From the NCBI GenBank assembly GCA_016875335.1, contig VGRO01000008.1:18-64017 (forward strand): a stretch of DNA of 64,000 bases, read 5' to 3'. The stretch's first letter is position 1. Every line of letters starts with the position of its first letter. The DNA is from Deltaproteobacteria bacterium (GTDB lineage: Bacteria; Myxococcota_A; UBA9042). This document shows positions 29,046-37,248 of this stretch, in pieces. The translations under genes and the position numbers were made by a program. Below the pieces are notes generated by a model, which worked only from the letters and a program-made list of their open reading frames with translations, searched no databases and was not told the origin of the DNA.

Positions 29046-30024
29046 CGTCGCCTTTGGGTTTGCCCGGATGCGCGGCGCGCGGACCGGCCGGCCGGGCGGG
29101 TTCTGCCACCGCGGCGGGGGCCGGTGCGGCGGTCGGGGTCGGCGCAGCGGCAGGCAGCGCCTGCATCGCCACCACCAACAGATTCTGCACCGCCGGGTTG
29201 TCGGGGTCCAACGCCAGGGCCTGCCGCAGCAGGTCCACGCGGGCCTGGCCGGAGGTGCCCAGCGCCTCGGTGACTTTCTGGCCCGCAGCCACCTTCGCCT
29301 CGGCCTTGGGGTCGACGACGACCGGGGCCGGAGCGGGCGGCGCGACTGGGGCCGGCGCCACAGCGGGCGCGGCTGCAGCGACAGGGGCCGGTGTGGATCG
29401 GTTGTTCAGCGCGACGGCCAGCCCGATGCCGCCGATGACCAGGGCCGCTGCTGCGACCGGCGCCACCCAACTGCGGTGCTTGACCAAGGGCTGCGCACCA
29501 TCGAGCTTGAGCCGGTACAGGCTCGGCGGATTGCGGATGTTCTTGAGTTCGACCTTGCCGACCGGCTCCATCGCCAGGTCTATCTTGCCGTCGATTTGCA
29601 GGAACACCTGCTCGGTAATCGAGATGCCGCCGGGCTCGGCCTTGTCCTGGACCCGCGCCGCGACGTTGACGCCGTCGCCATAGATGCCGTCGCCCTGCAC
29701 GATGATGTCGCCCAGGTGGATACCGATGCGCAGCCACACCTGCTCTTCTTTGGGCAAAGAGTCGTTGCGGGCCTTGAGGCGGGCCTGGATCTCGGCGCCA
29801 CACCGCACGGCGTTGACCACCGAGTCGAAAAGCACGACGAACGCATCGCCGATGGTCTCGTGTTCGGTGCCGTCGTGGTCCTTGAGGCATTCGCGGACGA
29901 TCTCGCGGTGTTCGAGGACCGCTTTGACCGTCCGTGACTCGTCCTGGCCCATCATGGCCGAGTAGCCCTTGATGTCGGTGAACATGATCGCCTTGAGGCG
30001 TCGGTTGCCGTCGGGGCTGGACAT
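29008..30024 (-). CDS. Class III nucleotide cyclase (guanylate-cyclase-type residues), single TM, periplasmic tail
   Basis: AIMFTDIKGYS, ETIGDAF, RIGIHLGD and GIYGDGVNVAARVQ; TM helix WVAPVAAAALVIGGIGLAVAL; short TPR-like C-terminus. Confidence 0.9.
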   Translation of the reverse strand: MSSPDGNRRLKAIMFTDIKGYSAMMGQDESRTVKAVLEHREIVRECLKDHDGTEHETIGDAFVVLFDSVVNAVRCGAEIQARLKARNDSLPKEEQVWLRIGIHLGDIIVQGDGIYGDGVNVAARVQDKAEPGGISITEQVFLQIDGKIDLAMEPVGKVELKNIRNPPSLYRLKLDGAQPLVKHRSWVAPVAAAALVIGGIGLAVALNNRSTPAPVAAAAPAVAPAPVAPPAPAPVVVDPKAEAKVAAGQKVTEALGTSGQARVDLLRQALALDPDNPAVQNLLVVAMQALPAAAPTPTAAPAPAAVAEPARPAGPRAAHPGKPKGDDDTKIKRSVVVE

Positions 30025-30061
30025 CGTCGGGGGCTCGGCGCGCGTTGCGCTGGTGGTCGCT

Positions 30062-30090
30062 AGGGTAAGGGGTCGCACCGAGGCACGCAA
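30062..30090 (-). promoter_or_regulatory. sigmaA promoter of the cyclase-TPR operon
   Basis: Minus strand TTGCGT (30090-30085)-17 nt-TACCCT (30067-30062), 37 nt before ATG 30024. Confidence 0.6.
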
Positions 30091-30217
30091 GCACGGTGGG
30101 GGGGATCGTTCAACTCCTTCTTCTTGCGTCGAAAAGTCGGATGCCGCGCGCGCCCGCAAAAAGTTGACGCCGCGCGCCGCCGGCGCACGCTATTGGCCGG
30201 GTCGGGCAGGAGCGGTG

Positions 30218-30904
30218 ATGCGGCGGCTTTTTCATTCCATCCTGTGTTTGGCTGCGCTTGCAGCGGTCGTGGCTGGGCCCTCCGCCCGTGCTGCGCCGCT
30301 GGCCGTGGTCGGCGCCCGGCCCATCGACCGCGGCGACTGGTCCGGCTGGGCGGCGGCGGGGCTGCCCGATTTCGAGTTTGGCGCGATGTTCGGCCTGGCC
30401 TCGACCGCCGACGCGGGCGGCCGCCTGCGACTGGGTTACGGCAATGGCCAGGCACTCGGCGGCTTCGGCGCGGCGGCGGCGGGCGTGTTGCGGACCCAAT
30501 TCGCTTCGGCGGGTCCGTGGGCCTTTGCGCTGGTATCCGAGCCCGGCCTGTTCGTGCACGGCGGGATTTCCACCTGGTCGCCGTATGCCAAGGTCGGCAA
30601 GAAGGGTGCAGTGTCGCTTTTTGGTGTCGACGCCGGTTTGCCCTCGCTTGCGGCCAGCGCTCTGCTGATGCCCAACCTGAACCTGTCGCTGTCCATCGGT
30701 GCGCCGGCACGGGTGTACCTCGCGCCCGAACCAACCCTAGAGCTGCCCGTCCTTTTCAAGGTGGCGGTGCAGTACGGCCTGTCGGGACCGTGGTCGCTCT
30801 TGGCCGGCGCCGACCTCGGGGCGACCTTCTACGGGCCCGGCGGCGGGGCGCCTGCTGGCGCGGTAGAGTCGCGGGTGCGGTTTGGCGTGGGGTATTGCCC
30901 GTAG
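30218..30904 (+). CDS. Hypothetical secreted or outer-membrane beta-strand-rich protein
   Basis: AGGAG RBS, signal peptide ending SARA, alternating amphipathic strands ending RFGVGYCP. Confidence 0.6.
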   Translation: MRRLFHSILCLAALAAVVAGPSARAAPLAVVGARPIDRGDWSGWAAAGLPDFEFGAMFGLASTADAGGRLRLGYGNGQALGGFGAAAAGVLRTQFASAGPWAFALVSEPGLFVHGGISTWSPYAKVGKKGAVSLFGVDAGLPSLAASALLMPNLNLSLSIGAPARVYLAPEPTLELPVLFKVAVQYGLSGPWSLLAGADLGATFYGPGGGAPAGAVESRVRFGVGYCP

Positions 30905-30986
30905 TTCGGGCAGGCCAACGTGTGATTGTCACGCCGTGCGATCTGGCCGCCGAAAACCATGGCCGAGCGGGTATTGGCCGCGGTCG

Positions 30987-33900
30987 CTATTCCCCGAGCT
31001 CGATCTTCTCCATGGTCTCGTCGTCGCTCAGCACCGGGGTCGGCAACGTCGCCAGCACGGCGCGCAGCAGGTGAAAGACCGGCGCGACGTAGGGCGCCAC
31101 CGCCGGGCCTAGTTCGCGGGTGTAAAACGCTGTCAATTCCGCCACGGTGGGATCGGCGCTGGCGAACCGATCCAGGCCGCGGGCACGCCAGATCGGCTGC
31201 TTGTCGGAACAGCGCAACAGTTCGCCGTGGACCCCCACGCGTGCGCCGTCGCCGTCGAGCATCTGGTGCCCGCGCAAGAGCAGCGCGCCTGCAATGGGCT
31301 TGTCCGCGGCGCCGAGCGCACAGGCCGCCGGCACCGCCTCGTCGCCGCCGCGCAGCACGGTCGCGCGCACGATGAAGTCGCGGTGTTGGTTGGCGTAGCG
31401 GCGGGCGATGTTGGCCCACAGTTGGGCAACAGCCTCGGTCGCATCGGCCGGCAGCGCGGCGCCGTCGTGGGTGAGCTCGACCGCCACGGCCAGCCGCTTG
31501 GTCTGCGCCAGCGGCGACGCGGCGTAGTTTTCGGGGGTCCACACCTGCTGCACCGTGCCGCCGCAGGCCGGCAGCGCCGCCACCGCAAACAAGGCCAGCG
31601 CCGCCGCGCCCGTCGCCTTGGCCGCGTTCGCACCAGCTTTCTTGACCCGCCGGTCGTGCAGCAGTTGCAGGATCGCCGGCATGATGGTGAACGACACCCA
31701 CAGCGTGGCCACCATGCCGACGCACGCCAAAATCCCCATCGACTTCAACCCCTTGTGACCGGCGGAGAGCAGCGCCGACCAACCGGCCAGCGTGGTCAGG
31801 GTCGAGGCCGCCACCGCCGCGCCTACCGACCGCAGCGCCACATAGGGGCTGGTGCCTTCCAAGAAGCGGTGCATGAAATAGACGCCGTGGCTGACCCCGT
31901 AGCCGAGCACGATAGGAAAGACCACGATGTTCATAAAGTTCAGCCGCCAGCCGGCCAGCGCCATCCCGCCCAGCATGACAGCCATGCCGACCAGCAGCGG
32001 CACCAGTGCCACCAGGGCATTGCGCACACTGCGGAAATCGGCGACGAGAATCAGCAGCAGCAGCACCGCCGTCAGCGCCACCGTGAACTTGCCGTCCCAC
32101 AGCACGATGCGCGCCAGCTTGGCAAAAAGAATGGGGCTTCCCGCCGATCGGTAGGTGGCGCCGGCCTTGGTCTTGATTTCCTCGACCTCATCGTTGAACT
32201 GCAACATTTGTTTGCCGTCCCACAGGTCGACCTTGGGGTACAGGAACGTCAGGTACCCGTGGTTCTCGGGCTTGGTGGTCGGCAGGTGCGTGAACTGGCG
32301 GGCAATCTGCGTCGGCACCTCGGCGAGGTCGTAGGGTTTGGCGTCGAGCAGCGCCAACAGCTTCTTGTAGTTCTCTTGGTGCTCCTCGGGGATGGCGTCG
32401 ACCTCGATCTCGGCGAGATCGGCCTTCCAGGCCTGCAACACCTTGACGTTGGCCTCTTGCTGGGCGCGCGGCGGCACAAACGACCACATCGACACCACCT
32501 GGTCGATGCTGCCGTAGCGGGTCTTGTCGAGCGGCGTCAACTCGTCGAAAAGCGCTTTGGCTTCGGCGGTGGTCTTGGTGTAGACGCCGACCGGGTCGGC
32601 CGAAATCTGGTATCGGTCGTTCAGCTCGTCTTGGAGCATGACGCTCGGCTGGTGCTCGACCATGAGCGCGCGGGTGTTGTAGTCGAACACCACGTCCTTG
32701 GCGAAGAACGACACGGCAATCGACACGGCCCCGGCGACGGCCAGCGCCACCCGCGGCCAGGGGATGCGCCTCTCGACGCCGGCCACCTCGCCTTCGGGCT
32801 GCAGCGTGCCGAGGATCTTGACCGGCGCATTCGGCCACTTGCGCGCCAGCAGCACCAACACCGCCGGCGACCAACTGAACAGCACAAGTCCGGTGATGAA
32901 CACGCCGACGCCCGCCAGCAGGCCAAACTGCGAAAAACCTCGAAACTCGCTGAAAAGCAGCGCGAAAAACGCGGTCCCCGTCGCCGCCGCCGAGATGAAC
33001 GCCGCGACGCCCGAGTTGATGCAGGTGTTGCGTATGGCCTGCTCAAGCGTCCGACCGAGGCCGAGTTCGATGCGCATCCGGTAGATGAAGTGGATGCCGA
33101 AGTCGATGCCTTGGCCCATCAGGATGCCGCTCAAGATCGAGGTAATCATGTTCAGTTCGCCAACCGCGAGCTTGTCGAATCCGAACGACAACACCACGCC
33201 GATGGCCAGACCGCTCATGGTCACGGTCACCGCCAGGATGTAGCGGCCGAGGAACGCCAGCATGACCAACAGCACGCCGAGCGCGGCCAGGCCTCCGACC
33301 GGCACCAGCGATTTCTGCATCTCGTAGCTGTCGTCGTAGTTGGTCTGGTAGCTGCCGGTAAAGCCGAACTCGACGACCTTGGGGTTGGCGTCGGGGGCCT
33401 TGCTGTAGTCCTCGAACAGCCCATAGCCGTGGGCGTTGTTGGCGGCATAGGCGGCCATGTCTGCGCGCATGCGCTGGGTCAACTTGCCGGTCTTGTCCAG
33501 CTCGTTGCCGTCCCACATGGGCTTGATGACCATCAGCACCATCTGCTTGTCGTCGCTGATGTAGTAGTCGTCGGCGATGCTTTTCTTGCCGACGCGCTTG
33601 TACTTTTCGATGATGGGATCTAGCGTCAATTCATAGGGTTTGGTTTCCTTGATCTCGATGAAGAACGGACTGGCCCGCCTGATCGTGTCGCGGACCTTGA
33701 GCATGACTTGGCGGCGGATCTCTTCGAGGTCTTTGGTTTCGACAAAGAGCGGCGCTTTGTCGCGCACAAAGCTGATGTCGACCTTGTAGGCAATGTTGCG
33801 AAACTGCGTCTTGTCCGGCTTCCAAGTGGCGTGCAGGTCGTCGGCCACCTGCTTGAGGACCTTTTCGTCCTTGCCGCGCAGCGCCAGGATGAGGTGCCCG

Positions 33901-34109
33901 GCGCCGCCCACCATGTCCACCACCCGCTTGACGTCCTTGACGGCCTGCAGGTCCTGGCTGATGAGGTCCAACTGGTTGGTGTTGATGCGCAAAAGCGTGG
34001 CCGCGTAGGCCGACGCGACAGTCAGCGCCAAAAGGCCCAGCACCACCTGCCACGGCCGGGCGACGATGAAGTCCGCCCACGCGGCCGCGATCCGATCTGC
34101 CAGTTTCAT
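30987..34109 (-). CDS. MMPL/RND (HpnN-like) lipid transporter with a C-terminally fused lipoprotein-like domain
   Basis: Two repeats of TM-periplasmic domain-TM bundle; GIDFGIH in TM4 and TLTT in the second half; after the last TM, a linker ending LPA-C and a 192 aa soluble domain ending EKIELGE. Confidence 0.88.
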   Translation of the reverse strand: MKLADRIAAAWADFIVARPWQVVLGLLALTVASAYAATLLRINTNQLDLISQDLQAVKDVKRVVDMVGGAGHLILALRGKDEKVLKQVADDLHATWKPDKTQFRNIAYKVDISFVRDKAPLFVETKDLEEIRRQVMLKVRDTIRRASPFFIEIKETKPYELTLDPIIEKYKRVGKKSIADDYYISDDKQMVLMVIKPMWDGNELDKTGKLTQRMRADMAAYAANNAHGYGLFEDYSKAPDANPKVVEFGFTGSYQTNYDDSYEMQKSLVPVGGLAALGVLLVMLAFLGRYILAVTVTMSGLAIGVVLSFGFDKLAVGELNMITSILSGILMGQGIDFGIHFIYRMRIELGLGRTLEQAIRNTCINSGVAAFISAAATGTAFFALLFSEFRGFSQFGLLAGVGVFITGLVLFSWSPAVLVLLARKWPNAPVKILGTLQPEGEVAGVERRIPWPRVALAVAGAVSIAVSFFAKDVVFDYNTRALMVEHQPSVMLQDELNDRYQISADPVGVYTKTTAEAKALFDELTPLDKTRYGSIDQVVSMWSFVPPRAQQEANVKVLQAWKADLAEIEVDAIPEEHQENYKKLLALLDAKPYDLAEVPTQIARQFTHLPTTKPENHGYLTFLYPKVDLWDGKQMLQFNDEVEEIKTKAGATYRSAGSPILFAKLARIVLWDGKFTVALTAVLLLLILVADFRSVRNALVALVPLLVGMAVMLGGMALAGWRLNFMNIVVFPIVLGYGVSHGVYFMHRFLEGTSPYVALRSVGAAVAASTLTTLAGWSALLSAGHKGLKSMGILACVGMVATLWVSFTIMPAILQLLHDRRVKKAGANAAKATGAAALALFAVAALPACGGTVQQVWTPENYAASPLAQTKRLAVAVELTHDGAALPADATEAVAQLWANIARRYANQHRDFIVRATVLRGGDEAVPAACALGAADKPIAGALLLRGHQMLDGDGARVGVHGELLRCSDKQPIWRARGLDRFASADPTVAELTAFYTRELGPAVAPYVAPVFHLLRAVLATLPTPVLSDDETMEKIELGE

Positions 34110-34166
34110 GGATTTTCCTGGTCGTTGGTGCCGCCCGAGGCCCGGGCCGGCGCGGCCGGTCGCGGC

Positions 34167-34814
34167 CTACTTGAGCGGTACGCCTTCGAGCGACTTGGCC
34201 TTCTGGCGCATCAGGTCCAAAAGGTGCGCCCAGCCGCCTTCCTTGATAATCGGGTTGATTTGCTCGTTGCGCACGCCGGTCAGCATCGACTCGCCGAGCA
34301 CGTCGACGTCGACCACCTTCCACTCCGCGCCTGCCTGGAGCAGCTGGTACTTGAGCTTGTACTCCTGCTTCTTGAGCGCGTGCAGCACCACCAGCGTCGA
34401 CTTGACGGCGGCCTTGGTGCCGGTGACGACTGGGGCGTCATAGACCACGGTCTGGATGTTCTCGAAGTTCTTCTGCATCTTCGGGAACGCCACCTTGGCG
34501 AAGATCGTGTGAAAGAGCGTGGCAAACTCCGCGCGCTGGGCGTCGGTGCCTTTGGACCAGTTGTCGCCGAGCAGGAACGCGCCCTGCGCCGTGCCGTCCA
34601 AGGTCTTGAGACCCATGACGAACTTTCCATAGCGCACCGCGCCGATGAGCGTGGTGATGGCCTTGACCGCCGGGTGGCTGAGGTTGGGGTCCGCGGCCGG
34701 TGCAACCGCGGGCGGGGCGGGCGACGGGGCGGGCGACGGCGGAGCCGCCAGTGCGGCGTGGCTCGCCGAGACAAGGACAAGGGCGACCACAGTCGGGGCG
34801 ACGGAAAAGCGCAT
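34167..34814 (-). CDS. MlaC/Ttg2D/HpnM-like periplasmic lipid-binding protein
   Basis: Signal peptide; W...TDAQRAEFATLF; YKLKYQL...WKVVDVDVLGESML...RNEQ..II...G..HLL. Confidence 0.82.
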   Translation of the reverse strand: MRFSVAPTVVALVLVSASHAALAAPPSPAPSPAPPAVAPAADPNLSHPAVKAITTLIGAVRYGKFVMGLKTLDGTAQGAFLLGDNWSKGTDAQRAEFATLFHTIFAKVAFPKMQKNFENIQTVVYDAPVVTGTKAAVKSTLVVLHALKKQEYKLKYQLLQAGAEWKVVDVDVLGESMLTGVRNEQINPIIKEGGWAHLLDLMRQKAKSLEGVPLK

Positions 34815-34869
34815 TGCGAAACCTCGGGCAAGCAGGCGAACCCGGCCGCGAACGGCTGCGGGGCGCGAA

Positions 34870-34899
34870 ATAGTGGGGCCAGGGCGCCGGCCGCGTCAA
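34870..34899 (-). promoter_or_regulatory. Candidate sigmaA promoter of the mlaC-like/MMPL operon
   Basis: Minus strand TTGACG-18 nt-CACTAT. Confidence 0.45.
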
Positions 34900-34960
34900 T
34901 CGCGGGGGCAGCGCGACCACAACGGTGCGCCCGTTGCGGCGATTCGCGGTGCTGCGTGCG

Positions 34961-35449
34961 TCAACCGCTGGCGGCCCCCTGGTCGGGCCGGCGCGCGACT
35001 GCGGCAAAGTCTTGCTGGCGCAGCGCCTCAAAAAGCACGGCCGTCGCCACGTTGGCGAGGTTCAGGCTGCGGATGCGGCCGTTGGTCGGCACATAGCGCA
35101 GGCGGTCGGCGAAGCGCTGGCGCAGCGCCAGCGGAAGCCCCTTGGTCTCGCAGCCAAACACCAACACGTCGTCTGGACCGTAGGCGACCTGGTCATAGCG
35201 GACCGCGGCATGGGCCGAAAACAGGTGCAGCGGCGCCGCGGGCAGCGCGCGCACCAGCGCATCGAAGTCGGCATGCACCCGCAGGTCCACGTCCTTCCAA
35301 TAGTCCAGGCCGGCGCGGCGCACGTATTTCTCGTCGAGCGAGAACCCCAATCGACCGACCAGATGCAAGGTGGTGGCCGTGCCGACGCACACCCGGCCGA
35401 TGCTGCCGGTGTTGCCGGGGATTTCGGGTTCCACGAGCGCAATGTGCAT
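34961..35449 (-). CDS. trmL: tRNA (cytidine/uridine(34)-2'-O)-methyltransferase, SPOUT family
   Basis: IALVEPEIPGNTGSIGR, RRAGLDYW, VFGCETKGLP and RSLNLAN. Start ATG 35449. Confidence 0.93.
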   Translation of the reverse strand: MHIALVEPEIPGNTGSIGRVCVGTATTLHLVGRLGFSLDEKYVRRAGLDYWKDVDLRVHADFDALVRALPAAPLHLFSAHAAVRYDQVAYGPDDVLVFGCETKGLPLALRQRFADRLRYVPTNGRIRSLNLANVATAVLFEALRQQDFAAVARRPDQGAASG

Positions 35450-35463
35450 GAAAACTCGACCAG

Positions 35464-36225
35464 CTAGAAGTAGTACAGCAGCCCGGCGCCGCCCGACCAG
35501 GCGCCGCGCAGCCCGACCCACCAGCCGTCGTTGTCCACGGCTGCGGTCGCCTTGTCGATGGACGGCTCTGGCAGCGCCCCCGAGCCGACCGCAAGGCCCA
35601 GTTGCCCGGTGATGCTCGCGTGATCGTTGAGAAAGAACTCGGCAACCAGCGGCACCTCGACACCCCACCGCGTGGGCAGGCTGTCGGGGCTGCTGCCGGT
35701 CGGCAACGTCGACTCGCTGCTGCGAAAGGTCTTGACGAACGAAGGGGTCTCGGTGCGATCGGTCCACTGCAACCACGGCCGCACGCCGATGGCGAGGCTG
35801 ACCCGCGGGGCGTCGCCAATGCGGTAGAGCATGCCCACCGCAAAGCGGCGCACCGACAGCTCCTTGCGCCAGTCGCACTGCAAGCGGACCGGCCGCTGCC
35901 GCGGGTCGATCGCGTCGTACGTGCTTTGGCACTGTTGCACATGATCGGCATCGGCCAATCCGGGACCGGTCCCGCCGTTCAGGCCGCGGTCGTCGATGGA
36001 CACCGCGGGCAAGCGCCGGTCGACTGCCACCCACCCGAACAGGAACTCGAAGGCCAGGCGCGTACCCCAATAGCGCAAGGTAGCGAGCGGCATGCCCGAG
36101 GTGCTGGCCATGGCGCCCAGCCCGGCTTTGCCTGTCATGTCGCGCGCGCCGGCCGGCCCGCCCCACCCGGTGCCGCAGCCCAGGGCCACGGCGACGACGA
36201 CAGCCCTGGTCCAGCGTGGTACCAT
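35464..36225 (-). CDS. Hypothetical outer-membrane beta-barrel protein
   Basis: Signal peptide ending AGA-RD; amphipathic strands (LAFEFLFGW, VEVPLVAEFFL); C-terminal beta-signal GLLYYF; contains a CxxxxxxxxxxxxxxxxC loop. Confidence 0.65.
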   Translation of the reverse strand: MVPRWTRAVVVAVALGCGTGWGGPAGARDMTGKAGLGAMASTSGMPLATLRYWGTRLAFEFLFGWVAVDRRLPAVSIDDRGLNGGTGPGLADADHVQQCQSTYDAIDPRQRPVRLQCDWRKELSVRRFAVGMLYRIGDAPRVSLAIGVRPWLQWTDRTETPSFVKTFRSSESTLPTGSSPDSLPTRWGVEVPLVAEFFLNDHASITGQLGLAVGSGALPEPSIDKATAAVDNDGWWVGLRGAWSGGAGLLYYF

Positions 36226-36261
36226 CGCCGCTATGGTGCCGTGGCGCAGGCGGTTGCACAA
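36217..36261. promoter_or_regulatory. Interlocked bidirectional leaderless promoter
   Basis: Plus strand TG-G-TACCAT (36217-36225)-7 nt-ATG 36233. Minus strand TTGTGC (36261-36256)-17 nt-CACCAT (36238-36233)-7 nt-ATG 36225. Confidence 0.55.
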
Positions 36262-36925
36262 GCAGGTGACGGCGATGGGCCGCAACGCCGCCAGCCAGGG
36301 CGCGCTCGCCGGATGGGTTTTGGCGGTGTGGGCGGTGGCCGTGGCCCTCCCGTTCGCGGCGCTGTGGCCCGATCAGGGGCTCGACCGGCCTGTGGTGCGG
36401 GCCTTGCTGGCAGCCGGCCCGGCGGCGGTGCTGTGGGGCGCCCTGTTCGCGACGCCCTGGCACACGCTGGCCGCGGGCCTCATCGCCTCGGCCCTGCCGC
36501 TGGTGTCGAGTCCGGCGCTGTGGGGGCCACCCGCCGCGCGCCCATGGGCCGGTGTGTTGCTTGCGGCCCTGGTGCTGGGCGCCCTCGATGCCGCCACCGC
36601 CCACGCCGCGCCGCCGGGACTGTTGCGGCAACTGCTGCGTCGCGTCGCCCCCGGCCGCGACCGTTGGCTGGCGGCCCTGGGTGTCGCCTGGCTCGTCTTG
36701 GCGTGGATGGGGGCCGACCTGGCCACCGGCGACGCTGCGGTCGAATGGCAGCGCAGCGCTCGGGTGGCGACGGCTGCGCTCGGGTGGTCGCTGGTGGCCG
36801 GCGTGCGCATGGCCGCGTCGCAGGGCGCGGTCCAGGCCGAGTCGCTGCACGCCCTGGCGTTGCGCCGCCTGGCCTGGGTGGCCCTTTTCGGCGGGTTGCT
36901 GTGGCTGTGGCGGGCGGGCGGCTGA
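36233..36925 (+). CDS. Hypothetical integral membrane protein
   Basis: About seven hydrophobic Ala/Leu/Trp-rich segments; start ATG 36233 (alternative 36275). Confidence 0.6.
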   Translation: MVPWRRRLHKQVTAMGRNAASQGALAGWVLAVWAVAVALPFAALWPDQGLDRPVVRALLAAGPAAVLWGALFATPWHTLAAGLIASALPLVSSPALWGPPAARPWAGVLLAALVLGALDAATAHAAPPGLLRQLLRRVAPGRDRWLAALGVAWLVLAWMGADLATGDAAVEWQRSARVATAALGWSLVAGVRMAASQGAVQAESLHALALRRLAWVALFGGLLWLWRAGG

Positions 36926-37088
36926 GGCGATCCGTTCGGAAGTTCCGACGGCGGACGGCCGGTGCGCTGCGGCCCGCGCTGCGCAGAAAAAGGAAGCGGG
37001 GCTGCCGCAGTGCTTGGTGTGCCGCAGGCGAGGCCGCAACGCTACCGCGCCCAACGGGCTCCGCCGCAGCATCGGACGCAGTTTTGCC

Positions 37089-37117
37089 TTGCCAACCGCG
37101 CGTCGCGCGCCCACAAT
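37089..37117 (+). promoter_or_regulatory. sigmaA promoter upstream of the TIGR04552-like gene
   Basis: TTGCCA-17 nt-CACAAT; implies a leader of roughly 125 nt. Confidence 0.55.
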
Positions 37118-37248
37118 AGCGCGCCCCGCCGCCGCGCGAGGTCGGCCCGCCGCGCATCTGCCCACCCCTTCGGCGCGCGACCGGCAACCAACGGTTTGCA
37201 ACACAGGTCGGCCGCCCGTCGCGGTCCGGCCAAGGTGGCCCGCCGCCC

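Noticed and set aside
37118-37248. Riboswitch in the long leader of the RelA/SpoT-like gene
   Set aside because: A small hairpin (GCAACC-AAC-GGTTTGC) is present, but I could not match any known aptamer consensus by eye; an Infernal/Rfam scan would be needed.
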